Of a stretch of DNA of 64,000 nt, positions 15,059 through 27,457 are shown piece after piece. Within the stretch, counting starts at the first letter, position 1. Each line of letters begins with the position of its first letter. This stretch comes from Antechinus flavipes. Taxonomy: Eukaryota. The notes under the pieces are model-generated. The model saw only the letters and a program-made list of their open reading frames with translations, did no database searches and was not told the DNA's origin. The stretch covers positions 725,834,001 to 725,898,000 of the forward strand of contig NC_067398.1 in assembly GCF_016432865.1 (NCBI RefSeq), written 5' to 3'. The translations under genes and the position numbers were made by a program.

Positions 15059-15192
15059 TTGGGAAAGCCTAGACCCATCATCCAAAGGCAGGACCGAGGG
15101 AGGACAGTTGGGAAAGCCTAGACCCTTCATCCCAAGGCAGGATTAAATAATGACAGTTGGAAAGCCTAGACCCATCATCCTAAGGAAGGATG
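15059..15192 (+). repeat. three direct repeats with 49-bp period
   Basis: TTGG(G)AAAGCCTAGACCC(A/T)TCATCCNAAGG(C/A)AGGA starting at 15059, 15108 and 15157. Confidence 0.85.
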
Positions 15193-15811
15193 CAGTGAGG
15201 GCAGACTTGTCACAAAGCTCTTGGGAAAAGGGTAAAGCACCAGGACAGTGGCTGAGGAGAGCAGGATGTGACCACATCTAAGACTGGAAGACACTGAAAA
15301 GCTAAAGGGTTACAGCCCGCCGTGCTGCCCGCAGCTCTTCAGAAAGCCTTCTTCATCCACTCATTCATTCTTTGTCTAATGCCTAGAAAAGCAGGGATGC
15401 TAAAAATCACGCCTAAGTGTGGAAACCCAGAAAGCTTGGAAAGCGTTAAAGGAGACTGCACCATTAAGGGGTGGGTCCGTTCTCTAAAAGCCCCCACAGC
15501 TGTGAATCATAACACACTTGAAGGAATTACAAATTGGCCTTTACTGAAGCAGACCCTAAATGCGTTGCTTGTGAATTGGGAGGCAAATGGGAAGATGTCA
15601 AAGATCAGAGAATCAGTCTCCTTGTATCATTATCATCCTCTCACATGAAGGGATCTATTCTGCTGTTCAAATTAAATCCCCAGCGGCAACTAGCAGGTGG
15701 CTCCTATAATGGGGAGGCAGGAGCCTGGCCCAGGCCCAGGCCCAAAGCCAGGGGTCCCTTCTTGGCTTAGGCAGGGCCCTCCCATGGACACTAAAACCAG
15801 AGAGTCCTCAC

Positions 15812-16644
15812 CTGGAGGGTGGATTCTGGACCCTTGGTCCTAGGGCCTCCATGATATCTTCCCTTGATGCAGCTGGATGATCACACTGCGTATTGAAGTG
15901 GCCAGTCTTGTGCATTGGAGACAGAGGGAGCTCAGGGCTCCAGCCTCTGAGGAGCAGCCCTGAGGGTTGGGGGCCATGGGCAAAGCTGGGGGGGGGGGGC
16001 ATGGGATGCTTCATTGGGTCCAGTTCAGGGGCTGATCACTAATCCAAAGCCAGCGTCCTCAACTAGGCCCACCAGGGTCCCAAAAGTCTCCAACATCGCC
16101 TCCCATTATAGCTCCCTCTAAGGGGGGATCAGGCACCTCCATTCCTCCACTGTGAAAATCACTAACCACCCAGAAGGTCACCAACTCCTGAAAACAGAGG
16201 TCCTGGGTGCCAGTCTGGCACACAAGGGTATTCTGCTTCCTGCCCACCAGGCAGAGGTGAGGAGGGCAACCAAGGCCTCCTCCTCCTGTGCTGAACCTCG
16301 AATCCAGGGCCACAGGCACAGCCAGACAGAAATAGCATCCAGGACCATGGGCACAGGCTAGCTCATATCCCATGCCTCAGTGTCCTCAACTGACAAATGT
16401 GGACAAGCTGTACCATCTTTGGCTGGATTGAAAGGCCTTGGGGCACCCCAAAACATGTATAAGGCCTGGAGTCAATAAGTCCTGAGTTCGAATCCAGTCT
16501 GCTCCTCCCCCCTCTCCCCCATCAGAAAATTCTGCTTCCAGTCTTACCCCTCTCTTTCTCTCTCCCAATCCTGCTCTGCGTTACCTCAATTTCCCCAATT
16601 TGTTCCCTTGATCTTGGGCTCACCTGGATGCTAACAGCGGACAT
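15812..16644 (-). pseudogene. KRAB-ZNF pseudogene relic: start exon 16624-16644, KRAB-A 16063-16187, KRAB-B 15812-15907
   Basis: MSAVSIQ|GTGAG start exon; KRAB-A is 125 nt (frameshift) reading ELVTF...FTVEEWRCLIPP*REL*WEAMLETFGTLVGL with donor GT>TT; KRAB-B is 96 nt reading LATSIRSVIIQLHQGKISWRP*DQGSRIHPP with acceptor AG>AA. Confidence 0.9.
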
Positions 16645-16979
16645 GTTCAAACTCAGACCCTTCATTGCCTTTTTGGGACTCTAACCCATCAATGGGGAGG
16701 ATATCCTGGAGGGAAGCCTGGAAGAGGAGGCTAGGGGAGGGGGAGAGGGAGGGGAAAGATATGGAAGGAAAGAGGGGTGACTAAGGGTCCTGCTCATGCG
16801 CACCGACCCCGAGGGGAGGACATGGGTGAGGACATCAAGCTTGCGCTTCAACTGGCTCAGACCAGATCTCCGGATCAATGCCAAGATCCCGGAGGGGACT
16901 CCGGGGGAGGGGACCTGAGAGAGGACTCACTTCCAGTATGGCTTCTGGAAGTCACTTGGCTTTAGAGGACCAGGAAGGC

Positions 16980-17560
16980 CTAGGAAATGTAGTCTGGAGA
17001 TGAGGCGCGATTTTTGACCTAGGGTTAAGCCGCTAGACGCTCGGATTTTCATCGGCCAGAGGCCAGAGCCCTAGGTGGCGCCAAATCCTGGCCTCCTTCT
17101 ATGTGTACAGCGACAGGGCTTGAGAGAAAGTGAGGGGCAACGCTGGGCGAGCTGGGACGAGGCAGTCGTCTGGGAGGAGCAGGGAGGAGTCAGCCCCAGA
17201 ATGCCCCAAAAGCCCTGCCTTCACCGCCCCGCTGGTGTCTAGCCATCCAATAGCTGATGGCCCTGATGTTTCCCCCCATCATGTCCCATTCCCCGCTGCA
17301 TAAGTCCTGCCAGGCTCCAGAGGCACCGTTACCCCACCTTGTTCGTGTGCCCACTTTATGGCGGGCCTCTTCTATTAATGGGGGACGCCTGGCCTGGAGC
17401 TAGGGGGCGGCCGCAGTTCTCCAGAGTCCCCACTCCCCTCCAACGCCCTTTTTCGGGGGGAGATCAGCCAGGCCAGGGTGGCCTGTGCCCCGGAAGCGTT
17501 CTGACAGTGGTTGAGGAGACCCCTACCCACGCTGACGGCTGGGGCCGAGTGTTCAGCCCC
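16980..17560 (-). promoter_or_regulatory. relic CpG-island promoter of the KRAB pseudogene
   Basis: Local CpG enrichment; GACTACATTTCC (ZNF143/THAP11-type) on minus at 16983-16994; CTCF-like CCCTAGGTGGCGCC at about 17069-17082. Confidence 0.5.
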
Positions 17561-18519
17561 TGATTCCAGGGCACTGCCCAGGGAGGGAAGGACCCCGGAT
17601 CTGGCCTTGTGAATCAGCATCCCAGCTCCGTCCCTCACACCCAGTAGTGTCTACACTGTGACCTAGAAGGCGTGGAGCAAAGAAAGGCGGGTTCCAGTCC
17701 TTGGAGAGGTCAAGGAAAGAAGTGCTGAGGAGGCCTTTGTGTAGGGCCTCCCCCTTCCTGCCCAATCCCGAGGAACAGGGTCTTAACCCGAGGTCACCCG
17801 AGGGCGAGTTGCTCTGCACTGTTCACACAGCTGCCTAGCTGCCCAGTTTGAAAATTATTTTTTCTATGAGCTAGAAAAGGAAATGACAAATTAGTCCAGT
17901 ATCTGCCAAGAAAACCTAAGTCAGTTACAGAAGGTGAGACAGGTCTGGACAATAAAAGATCTTTATATATCGAGTCAACATTTATTAGAAACACTGTGGC
18001 CCCAGCGCCAGGCTAGCTGGCCCTCAACGAACTTACAGTCAAATGGGGGAGACTAGTCACAAGAAAAGTACATACGGAAGAATTGGAAGTAGTCACAGAA
18101 GGACCGAGAAATACCTCTTACCAATGGTGGAACTTTAGCTGAGAATTCAGAGAAGCCAGGAGGCAAGGATGGGAAAATGTTTTGTATGACTAGGATGGAG
18201 AACTAATGAGGTGCAAGAAAGGAGGGAAAAGATCTCAAAAGCTAGAGGAAGACATCTGTGGACAGGAGAAGTGAACAGAACTATCAACATTATAAAAATG
18301 AATATTTTTGAGGTCTTAGTAATCAGAACCAATTGTAATTTCAAATTGTAATATAAATATATAATATAAATAAATGTAAATATATGAATAAGTATAAAAA
18401 CAAACACATTACAAAAACAAATAATCTTGAAAGAAGTATAATCAACAGAATGACCATAATTCTAGCATACCAGTGATGAAACATGATAACCATGATAGAA
18501 AAGGCATGACTAGCAGAAT

Positions 18520-19165
18520 AAGTCATATTAAAGAGGGGACCCCGAAAGTCTAAAAATCCTTAGAGGAGAAAATCTTCAACTCTGCCTCAGTGAGGGACCC
18601 AGCTCAAGGGACAAACAGTTTCTTCCTTGTTATCTAGGTGGGGTTGGCTCAGATCTGAAACTCATTAAATTCAATTCAAATTTCAGCTCAAGCTGAAACC
18701 CAGGGATGAGCCAGCTTGGGACTCCACACACAAGTTCCCTTCAGCCAAAGCTCCATTATAAAAGAGCCAAACTAAAACCCTCTCTTTGCAGAGGTTCCAA
18801 ACATGCCAGCTCCATGCTTGGCATGCCAAGGAGCCTCTGGCCACTGGAATACTCTTTCCAGTGCCATACTCTCTTTACCCTCACCTATTTCCTAACCAGA
18901 CTTTATGCCTCTCTGTCAGGATTTCCAACCTTACTTCCAATCCCTATAATAAATCTCTTTTATCAATCTAGGTTTTCAGGTATGTAAATTTTTTTACAGA
19001 GAACCTCTGCACTGCCAGAAGGGAGTCCCCAAAACTCCCTATCCTTGTGTCAAATCCCAAGGGGTTGCAGGGGAGCCAAACTTCTCCATTTGATTCCTTG
19101 AACCCCGAACCTGCCACTAGACCTTATCATTTAACTCCCTGACCACCAGAAACTCTAATCTCATC
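18520..19165 (+). mobile_element. probable solo ERV LTR
   Basis: TATA-like ttataaaaga near 18757, AATAAA near 18949, LTR-like U3-R-U5 spacing; termini approximate. Confidence 0.55.
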
Positions 19166-22100
19166 TTGGTTCCCTAAATCTAAATCTTACCAATATGTAT
19201 TTTTGCATACCACTACTGAGGAAATTTAATTTCATTTTTCCCCAGTGATGGCAGGTGAGAGACAGAGAAAATTGACTTCTGTTAATTATTTAAAAGAGAA
19301 ATGAGTTACTATAAATATAAAATGTTGTACTTGAAGATATGGAACTCCAAAGGAGGAAAAAAAAAATGCATTTTCTGTATCAAGGAGTTCGGGCTCTAAG
19401 ATTAAACCTGATTTCCTATGGACTCTATGTACTAATGGAAGAGTTATATCTCCAGTTTGGAGGGAATGTTTGCATCAACTCTACCACTATAGTAGATGAC
19501 TTCTAAGAGTTAATTAACGAGATATCAGTTGATAATCACAAAAAGAAACACAAGGTTCACAAGCTGTAGCTTAGATAGTATTAAACTGAGATGATAATCA
19601 CAGGAATTCTAGAAACCTAAGCTGCTTGTGCAAATCAGAGTTAGGAAGAGTAATTCCAGTTCTATCTGCATTAGATACATAAAAGATATATTCAAAGCAG
19701 ATGAAAGATAATGAATGGGACCAGGTGAAGATTTCTCAAAAAGTCTATGAGATGGAGTTGGTCAGAAACCTCAGGAAGTTTATGTGTATCACAGGAAGTA
19801 GACAGCATTGCTGTCCATTGGTCGATGTTACTTCCTTTTCAATCCATCTAATGAACCAAAGTCTTTGGCTATTTAACCAGTTTATTATTTCTGCCTCACA
19901 GCCAGGCACAATGCTAGGAGTTGGGAGCTGAGAGGCTCTGGATCTGCTCAGTTGGTGTGTTTGGATCTCTCCTTGCAAGGACCAAACAAATGCTTCCTGT
20001 TTGTATCTGAAGATGTCTCTGAGTAGTCAATTTGGGTAAGGGGGTCTGGCACTTCTACCAGAAGGATGGAGGAGAAGGAACTCAGTTGGTTTTGATGGGG
20101 GGAACCCTGAAACTGTCCTCCCTGACTACGGAATCACCCCTACTCAGAATCTGACTTCCTTTAGATCTTGATTATGGCAGAGGACCTTTCCTGTTACCCT
20201 TTCCTAGATTGGATGATAGAATATGAGAAGGAAAATAATGTAGAAATGAGAATGGAAATAATGAAATATAGGATGGAGGCAATTATAAAAAGTCAATGTC
20301 TGATCCTGGATGTTGGAAGAACAAAAATTGAATAGGAAAATTGAATTTAGGAAATGCACTTTGGCAGTTGAAGGGATAAGACTGAATTAGGAGAGAGATT
20401 TGAGGCAAGACCAAGTAGTAGACTATAAGACAGTCTCTCAGTAAAGGGGGAAGCTCTCAGTAGATTTCTAAAGGGACAGATTTGGTATTCCATCTCAAAA
20501 AGGACTCTTGGCAAGGCAATGCTCTCCCAATCCCCAATGCCCAAGAAACATGATAGTGTGGGAAGTCAGCAGTACCACTAAGACAAGCCCTCTGCCCAAT
20601 TCCACTGATGATCTGGACTTCTGATGTAACAAAAGTGTCATCATTTGCACCACAGTCCTCACAATTCTGGTGCTGCTGTTAATTCATCAGGTTTTTACCT
20701 ATATTCTTGCTATTTTAGATACTAAAAGTAGACAGTTGGAGTTGTAGGCAGCTGACATTGCCCATCTTTTGAGCATGACTTCTTTTGTCAAAGAGGTTTG
20801 AGGTCCTGTTTATTGGAAAAATTATTTAGCCCTCTATTAGCCACATGACCATCAATTAAGTCTTGAAGACAATTCCAGTACCTTTTCAAGTAAGACACAG
20901 TCCAGCCCTATTGAATTGTTAATAGGCCAGTAAAGAGCTAACAAGTAGCTAGGAGCTTTTTCAAAGAAAACTTAAAGTACTTTGCTAGACATTTCCTCCT
21001 GTCATAGGTAGTGTAATAATCCTGGAAAAGGGTTAGGGGATGATGCTTTAGATGAAGGCAAGAAGAAATATGGTAGAAAAAGTTAAAAAGTCTATTGAAG
21101 CAACTTTTTAAAATGCAGAGAATATAAAGCAAGAAGACAGACGAACAGCAGGACAGTTTTGAAAGCTAAAGGTTGAATTTATTCTCAAAAAAAACAAACA
21201 GTACATAATAATGATCTACAATTTGAGGACAATCCCCTTTCTGTGGTCTTTGCATATGAAAATATCTATTTTGATTTTTAATTCAAAATAAAAATAAATT
21301 TCTTTAAAATCCCGTGGGCTAAAATCAAAATTAAGCTTGGGAAAATTGACTTTTTGAAAAAAAAAAAAAAAAAAAAACACAATACCCAACATGATACAAA
21401 TGTAGTTTCCTGGAAAATTAGCAAATATGTCAAAATTTTATGGACTCTGCCTAAGAGTAAAATGAGAGAAAGCAGCAGAAAGAGGATATATTGCAAACTA
21501 TAAGTGTTTTAAAGATGTATAGGGTTGTAAGGCTTATTGCATAATTTAATTTGTTTTTAATTTGCAAAATGACAGAGTATGAATTCGTTTAATGACTATT
21601 CAGTTTTTACATTTTCTCAATCCTTCCCTTTTACCTAACCTGTTTTACTAAATTCACTCCCAAATGGTCTCTCCTCCCAATAGACCTGAAAAAAAGGTGT
21701 TGGGTAGGGATATAATTTCAAAGGATTGGGGTGATCATCCTCTTTATTCATTCCCCAACATTTAGCAGCAAAATCTCTCTAACTAGATGAGTTATATGTT
21801 ATTCCCATCATACCATTAACCCTACACAAGTAAAGCCCAATAACACACATAACTAGTACTCAAGTGGGATTTATTGAAGTACGATGTTGCACAGGCATCT
21901 AGGTCCCAAAATGATCATTGGAATGCTCCTACCTCCAATAATCCCCTAAAGTCAATGCTGGTTCCTCAGTTCAGCCTTTCATGTCATTCAAAGTGAGCTT
22001 TAGGAACAGTGTATTTATTTTCAGCCTGATTGACTCTTCCTTATGAAGAAAAGGCTTCATTTCTCATGATTTGAGACCATTCATTGACCATAATACATGT

Positions 22101-24627
22101 TCTTGAGAGTATGGCTATTCTTTTCTGAAATAACTGGTCTTTAAGGCAACTCAGACCTTGCATGCAGTCAATATCCCCAGCAATTTTAGACACAGATGGC
22201 CCTTATCTAGAAAGGAGACCTGTTTTGGGCAACTTTTCAAAATTACCTTAGAAAATGAGACCTATCTTGAGAGGCAGCTCTTATCTCAGGCTGAGCAGCA
22301 TGCCCCCAAGGAGCAGATGTTAATAATCATCCTGAGCCTAATTACATATTAAATTATATATATGTGATATATATATATATAAATTAAATATAATTATATA
22401 TTTTAAAAAATAATAACAAAAACAAACAAAAACCCCCTATCATTTTGATGTGTGTATAGGGAAAATAAGAAAGGGAACTACTCAAAGCCAATAAAACTTC
22501 TAGCAAGTTACAACAGAAAACAAACACCTATTGAATTGTTAACAAGCCAGCAAAGAGCTAACAAGTGGTTAGGGACTTCAAAGAAAACTCAACATGCAGA
22601 GATTTATAATATATTATACAAAATTCAAATTTTTCTTTTCCCTACTTAGGGAGTGAATCTCTTAAAGAATGAAGCATGGCCAGGATCAGTTCCAGGATAG
22701 AGTAATAAACATATCCATTCCTACGAAGAGGCCTATCCATCACTTGGATTTACTTCTACAGGCAAAAATTCAGATATCACTGTCACAAAAAGTGGTGAGG
22801 TGGGTTGCAGTGGTCCCATAAGGCACTGGCCAAGGGAAAAAAAAAACAACTAATAGTACTTTAAAAAATCAATCTTTTCTAGCTCTATTGATGAACTCAA
22901 TTTTGCATGTTACTTTGGTGTGCACACTAATCTGCTTTGCTTTTTAGAGTATTATATTCTTTTTGTTGTTTCTTGTGAACAATGGTTTTGTGCAATTTAA
23001 TTTGCTTTTCCTTGGAAATACAAAAGGTTTCCTCTTGGGTGCTTGCAAGAATTTTTGTTTAATATTGAAATTCTGAAGCTAGATCTATAAGTTTCTAAGG
23101 GAACTAAAATTCAAGTGTATCTTTTGGCAATATATGGATTCTAGTGATCCATCCCTTTACCCTCAATTTTCAGTGTGTGTGTGGGGGGAGGGCAGTTTTT
23201 GTTTTACTAATATGGTTTTCAGGGAGTTTGTTTCATTTTAAATTAATGAAAATTTTACATTTCTCAGATTATTTGGGGACTTTCTTTAAGGTCAGTTACT
23301 ATTGCTTGTATTGAAACCAGGTAGTCTTACAAAAGTCTTATTTTGTTCTGAAATCCTTCATTGTTGCACTTTTGATTTCCAGATCTGTGTTTCTCTTTCA
23401 GAGAATCACCAATTCTGAAGAAAACATCCATTTATTCTGTTACTTATTCCTTGTCAGTCTTTTGTACCTTTGAGTTCTAATTTCTACTCTATTTACACCC
23501 TTATTTTTTAAATTGCCTTTTAAAAACCATTCCAGAAGTTTTTTCCTTTTCTTCCCTGACTTTGAGACCTTGTAGTAGCTACTATAATGCTTTTTCTCTC
23601 ATTTTCAGTCTTCAAAAGATTATATTTTACTGCATAGTCATTACTCCTTCTATTGTACTCTTTGGGATGGCTAAATCATTCTTATTATTAGTGCTTCTGC
23701 TATTTATCCTAATGATTTTTTCTAAGCAGTATTATATCTGTTATTCATTAATTCTAGCATGTGATGAAGGAAAGCTAATTATGTAAAATAGTTGAGATAG
23801 AAACTCAGTTGCTAAGTATTCAGATGATAGATTTACATGCAAAAAAAGAAAAAGGAGAAACATAAATTTTCGATGTCTCCCCTCCCCCAGCAAGAAAGGG
23901 AGGTGGGAAAATCTAACTGCAGTAGAAGAATAGGTATGCTCTTTTCCTCCTTAGTACCAACCACAACTGTGTCAGTTGGTAAAAAGTGCACACAAAAAAA
24001 GGAGTGCTTGTAGGAATAAAATCTTGGAATAGTCTGATAAGGATATGATCAAGAAAAAGAATTTGATTTAGTAAACAGCAAATATATTTTTTTTGTCTGG
24101 GACTGGAAAGGAAGAAAAATGACTGATTCAAATAACTTGAGAGAAATAGAGTCAATTTGCCAAAAACTTCTAATTTACTGAGACTAGAATGGTGAAAATC
24201 AGCTACCACAATATGGCAAATAAAAGAGGGACTTGAGGCTAAGGACTTGAGATTAGGAGAATGGTAAAAGTAAGAGATTTCCTTCAAATATGGGGTTTCC
24301 TTATAGTCTCCATTCACTAACTTTCAGTCAAAGATTGGTGCTTGCTGAAATCTTTCTTGTTTTTAATACATTTACAAAGCTTTCCTCCCTATCTGATGCA
24401 CAAGTTATGATCCCAGGATGTTGAGTAGGTTCTGTTCACTAACTGAAGATGTTCTTTCTTCAGGACAAACTGATGTTGAGAAGGCAATGGCTATGGAATT
24501 TATAATTGCTCATCTATAATAAACTTTCTACGGGGGGATACTTTAACGTAACAGTTAATAACATATCTGACATTGAGAAAAATCACTGCTCAAATTGAAG
24601 GCTCTTACGTTTATTATATTCACAAGA

Positions 24628-25931
24628 TTATTCCCCACTATGAATTTTCTGATGGATAGCAAAGGTTGTACTCAGAAGGAAGGCCTTCCCACACTCATGA
24701 CATTCATAAGGTTTCTCTCCAGTGTGGATTACCTGATGCCGAGCCAATTGTGAGCTTTGGCAAAAAGCCTTCCCACATTCATTACATTCATAAGGTTTCT
24801 CACCAGTATGAACCCTCTGATGTTCAGCAAGTTCTGTGCTCCAGCTGAAAGCCTTCCCACATTCATTACATTCATAAGGTTTTTCTCCAGTGTGAATTCT
24901 CTGGTGGACAGCAAAAGTTGTGCTCAGAAGGAAGGCCTTCCCACACTCATGACATTCATAAGGCTTCTCTCCAGTGTGAATCCTCTGATGCTGAGTAAGC
25001 TGTGAGCTCTGTCGGAAGGCTTTCCCACATTCACTGCATTCATAGGGTTTCTCTCCACTGTGAATCCTCTGATGTTCAGTAAGAACTGTGTTCTGTCGAA
25101 AGGCCTTCCCACACTCATGACACTCATATGGCTTCTCTCCAGTGTGAATTCTCTGGTGCACAGTAAGTTGGGTGCTCCTATTGAAGGCCTTCCCACATTC
25201 ATTACATTCATAGGGTTTTTCTCCACTATGAATTCTCTGATGAACAATAAAGTTTGTGTTCAAAAGGAAGGCCTTCCCACATTCATTGCATTCATAAGGC
25301 TTCTCTCCGGTGTGAATCCTCTGATGTCGAGTCAGCCCCGTGCTCAACCCAAAGGCCTTCCCACACTCCTTACATTCATAGGGTTTCTCTCCAGTGTGGG
25401 TTATCTGATGTTGAGCAAGGTGTGAGCTCCATCGGAAGGCCTTCCCACAGTCATGACATTCATAAGGCTTCTCTTCAGGATGCATTTTATGGTTTTCAAT
25501 GAGATGGGAATTATAACTGAAGGATTTCCTACTCTCATTATACTTAGGGAAAATTTTTGAGCAGATTTTATTACAGTTTCTGAGGGCTGAATATAGTCTG
25601 AAGTTCTTTCCATATGTATCACATTTAGAAAGAGTATTTTCTAATGATATTTTTTGTTGGGGAAAATGAACTGGTCCCACATGAGCACTTCTAGCACAAT
25701 GACTATGGTCATGGCTCCTCACTTCATTAAGAGGTTTCCTTTGGGCATTTTTTAGTACTCTGGATGTATCTTCGTCATTCTGCTGCCTCTCTAACCTGGT
25801 AGCATATATCCAGGTTTGGTCCAAGTTGGAGACACAGACACCACTATTTGTGAAACTTTCCGAGAATGGTTCTTCCATAGAAAGGCCCACTTTGATAACT
25901 GATTCCTTGTTTTCAGATCCAGTTTCCCAAT
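24628..25931 (-). CDS. ZNF-B spacer + C2H2 zinc-finger exon (10 intact fingers)
   Basis: Acceptor tttctttcAG|ATTGGGAA (D-W-E-T-G); open to TAA 24628-24630; 10 fingers with TGEKPY linkers. Confidence 0.96.
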
Positions 25932-26149
25932 CTGAAAGAAATAGGAAACAGATAAAATATCCCTTCTTCCTATTATTACACACATAGTACTGTCTTGCCT
26001 TAACAATCAAGAACAATAATTCTAACATATAAAACATGAATTGCTCAAAGATGGAAATTGTGTTTTTTGCCTTTATTTGTATTCCCAACAATTAACATTG
26101 TAGGCACTTAATAAATGCTTGCTGAAGGATGGTTCTTTCTGTAATGACA

Positions 26150-26650
26150 AAGAATTAAAAATTGAAGGGATGCCCATCATTTGGGGAACACTTGATCAAG
26201 TTGTGATGAATATATATAATGGAATAATATTGTGCTATAAGAAATGATGAGCCAGTGGATTTCAAAAAAATCTGGAAAGACTTACATGAGCTGATGCTGA
26301 GTGAAGTGAGCAGAACCAGGGGAACCTGGTATACAATAGCAACATTGTAGATGATCAGCTATCATAACTTAGTTCTCAGCAATACAATGATCCAAGACAA
26401 TTTCAAAGACTCGTGATATTAAATGCTATCCATGATCAAAGAAAGAACTGATGGGGTCTGAAAGCAGATTGAAGCATACAATTTTCACTTTTTTGTTTTT
26501 TGTGTTTTTTTTTCTTTTGGCCTATTTCTTCTTTTACAATATCACTAATATGAAGAATGTTTTATATGACTGCAGATATATAACCTATTATCAAAGAAAA
26601 TTTGGAACTCAAAGTTTTATTTAAAAAGTGAATGTTTAAACTTGTCTTTA
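26150..26650 (+). mobile_element. L1 3' region fragment
   Basis: gatgcccatc...atggaataatattgtgctataagaaatgatgag...catgagctgatgctgagtgaagtgagcagaaccagg. Confidence 0.8.
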
Positions 26651-26689
26651 CATGTGATTAGGAATAGAATAATTATTGAAAAGAAAAAT

Positions 26690-27298
26690 GCTTATGCAAT
26701 AAACTGGGAAAACATTTTTACATCCAAAGGATCTGATAAAGGCCTCATTTCTAAAATATATAGAGAACTGACTCAAATTTATAATAGTTCAAGCCATTCT
26801 CCAATTGATACATGTTCAAAGGATATGAACAGACAATTTTCAGATGAAGAAATTGAAACTATTTGTAGCCACATGAAAAGGTGTTCTAAATCACTATTGA
26901 TCACAGAAATGCAAATTACAATTCTGATACCACCACACACCTGTCAGATTGGCTAAGGTGACAGGAAAAGATAATGGTGAATGTTGGAGGGAAATGTGGG
27001 AAAACTGGGACACTGATGCATTGTTGGTGGAGTTGTGAACGGATCCAACTATTCTGAAGAGCAATTTGGAACTATGCTCAAAAAGTTATCAAACTGTGCC
27101 TATCCTTTAACCCAGTAGTGTTACTACTGGGCTTATATTCCAAAGAGATCTCAAAGGAGGGAAAGGGACCCACATGTGCAACAATATTTGTGGCAACCAT
27201 TGTTGTAGTGACAAGAAACTGGAAATCAAGTGGGTGCCCATCAGTTGGAGAATGGCTGAATAAATTATGGTATAGGAATACTATGGAATATTATTGCT
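26690..27298 (+). mobile_element. L1 ORF2 C-terminal fragment
   Basis: ORF 26642-26956 reads NWENIFTSKGSDKGLISKIYRELTQIY...MNRQFSDEEIETICSHMKRCSKSLLI, the L1 ORF2 C-terminus. Confidence 0.88.
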
Positions 27299-27311
27299 CG
27301 ACATTTAATTC

Positions 27312-27457
27312 TGTGGTTGTTCAGTCATGTCTGATGGTTTGTGACCCCACTGGGGGTTTCCTTGGCAAAGATACTACAGGGTTTGCCATTTTCTTCTTGA
27401 GTTCATTATACAGATAAGGAAACTGAGGCAAACAGGGTGAAGTGACTTGTGGCAGGG
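27312..27457 (-). mobile_element. Mar1-type marsupial SINE fragment
   Basis: gttcagtcatgtctga...cttggcaaagatact...tttgccattttcttc...acagataaggaaactgaggc. Confidence 0.7.

Noticed and set aside
15059-15192. Repeat-spacer look reminiscent of CRISPR
   Set aside because: Only three units with ~15-nt linkers in a mammalian genome; no cas genes; kept only as a direct repeat
20350-20880. Coding-like composition on minus (possible processed pseudogene or receptor fragment)
   Set aside because: All frames are interrupted and I could not recognise any family motif; would need a tBLASTx search
20907-22590. About 70-bp similarity between 20907-20975 and 22527-22590
   Set aside because: Most simply two fragments of the same ancient LINE region; no independent signal
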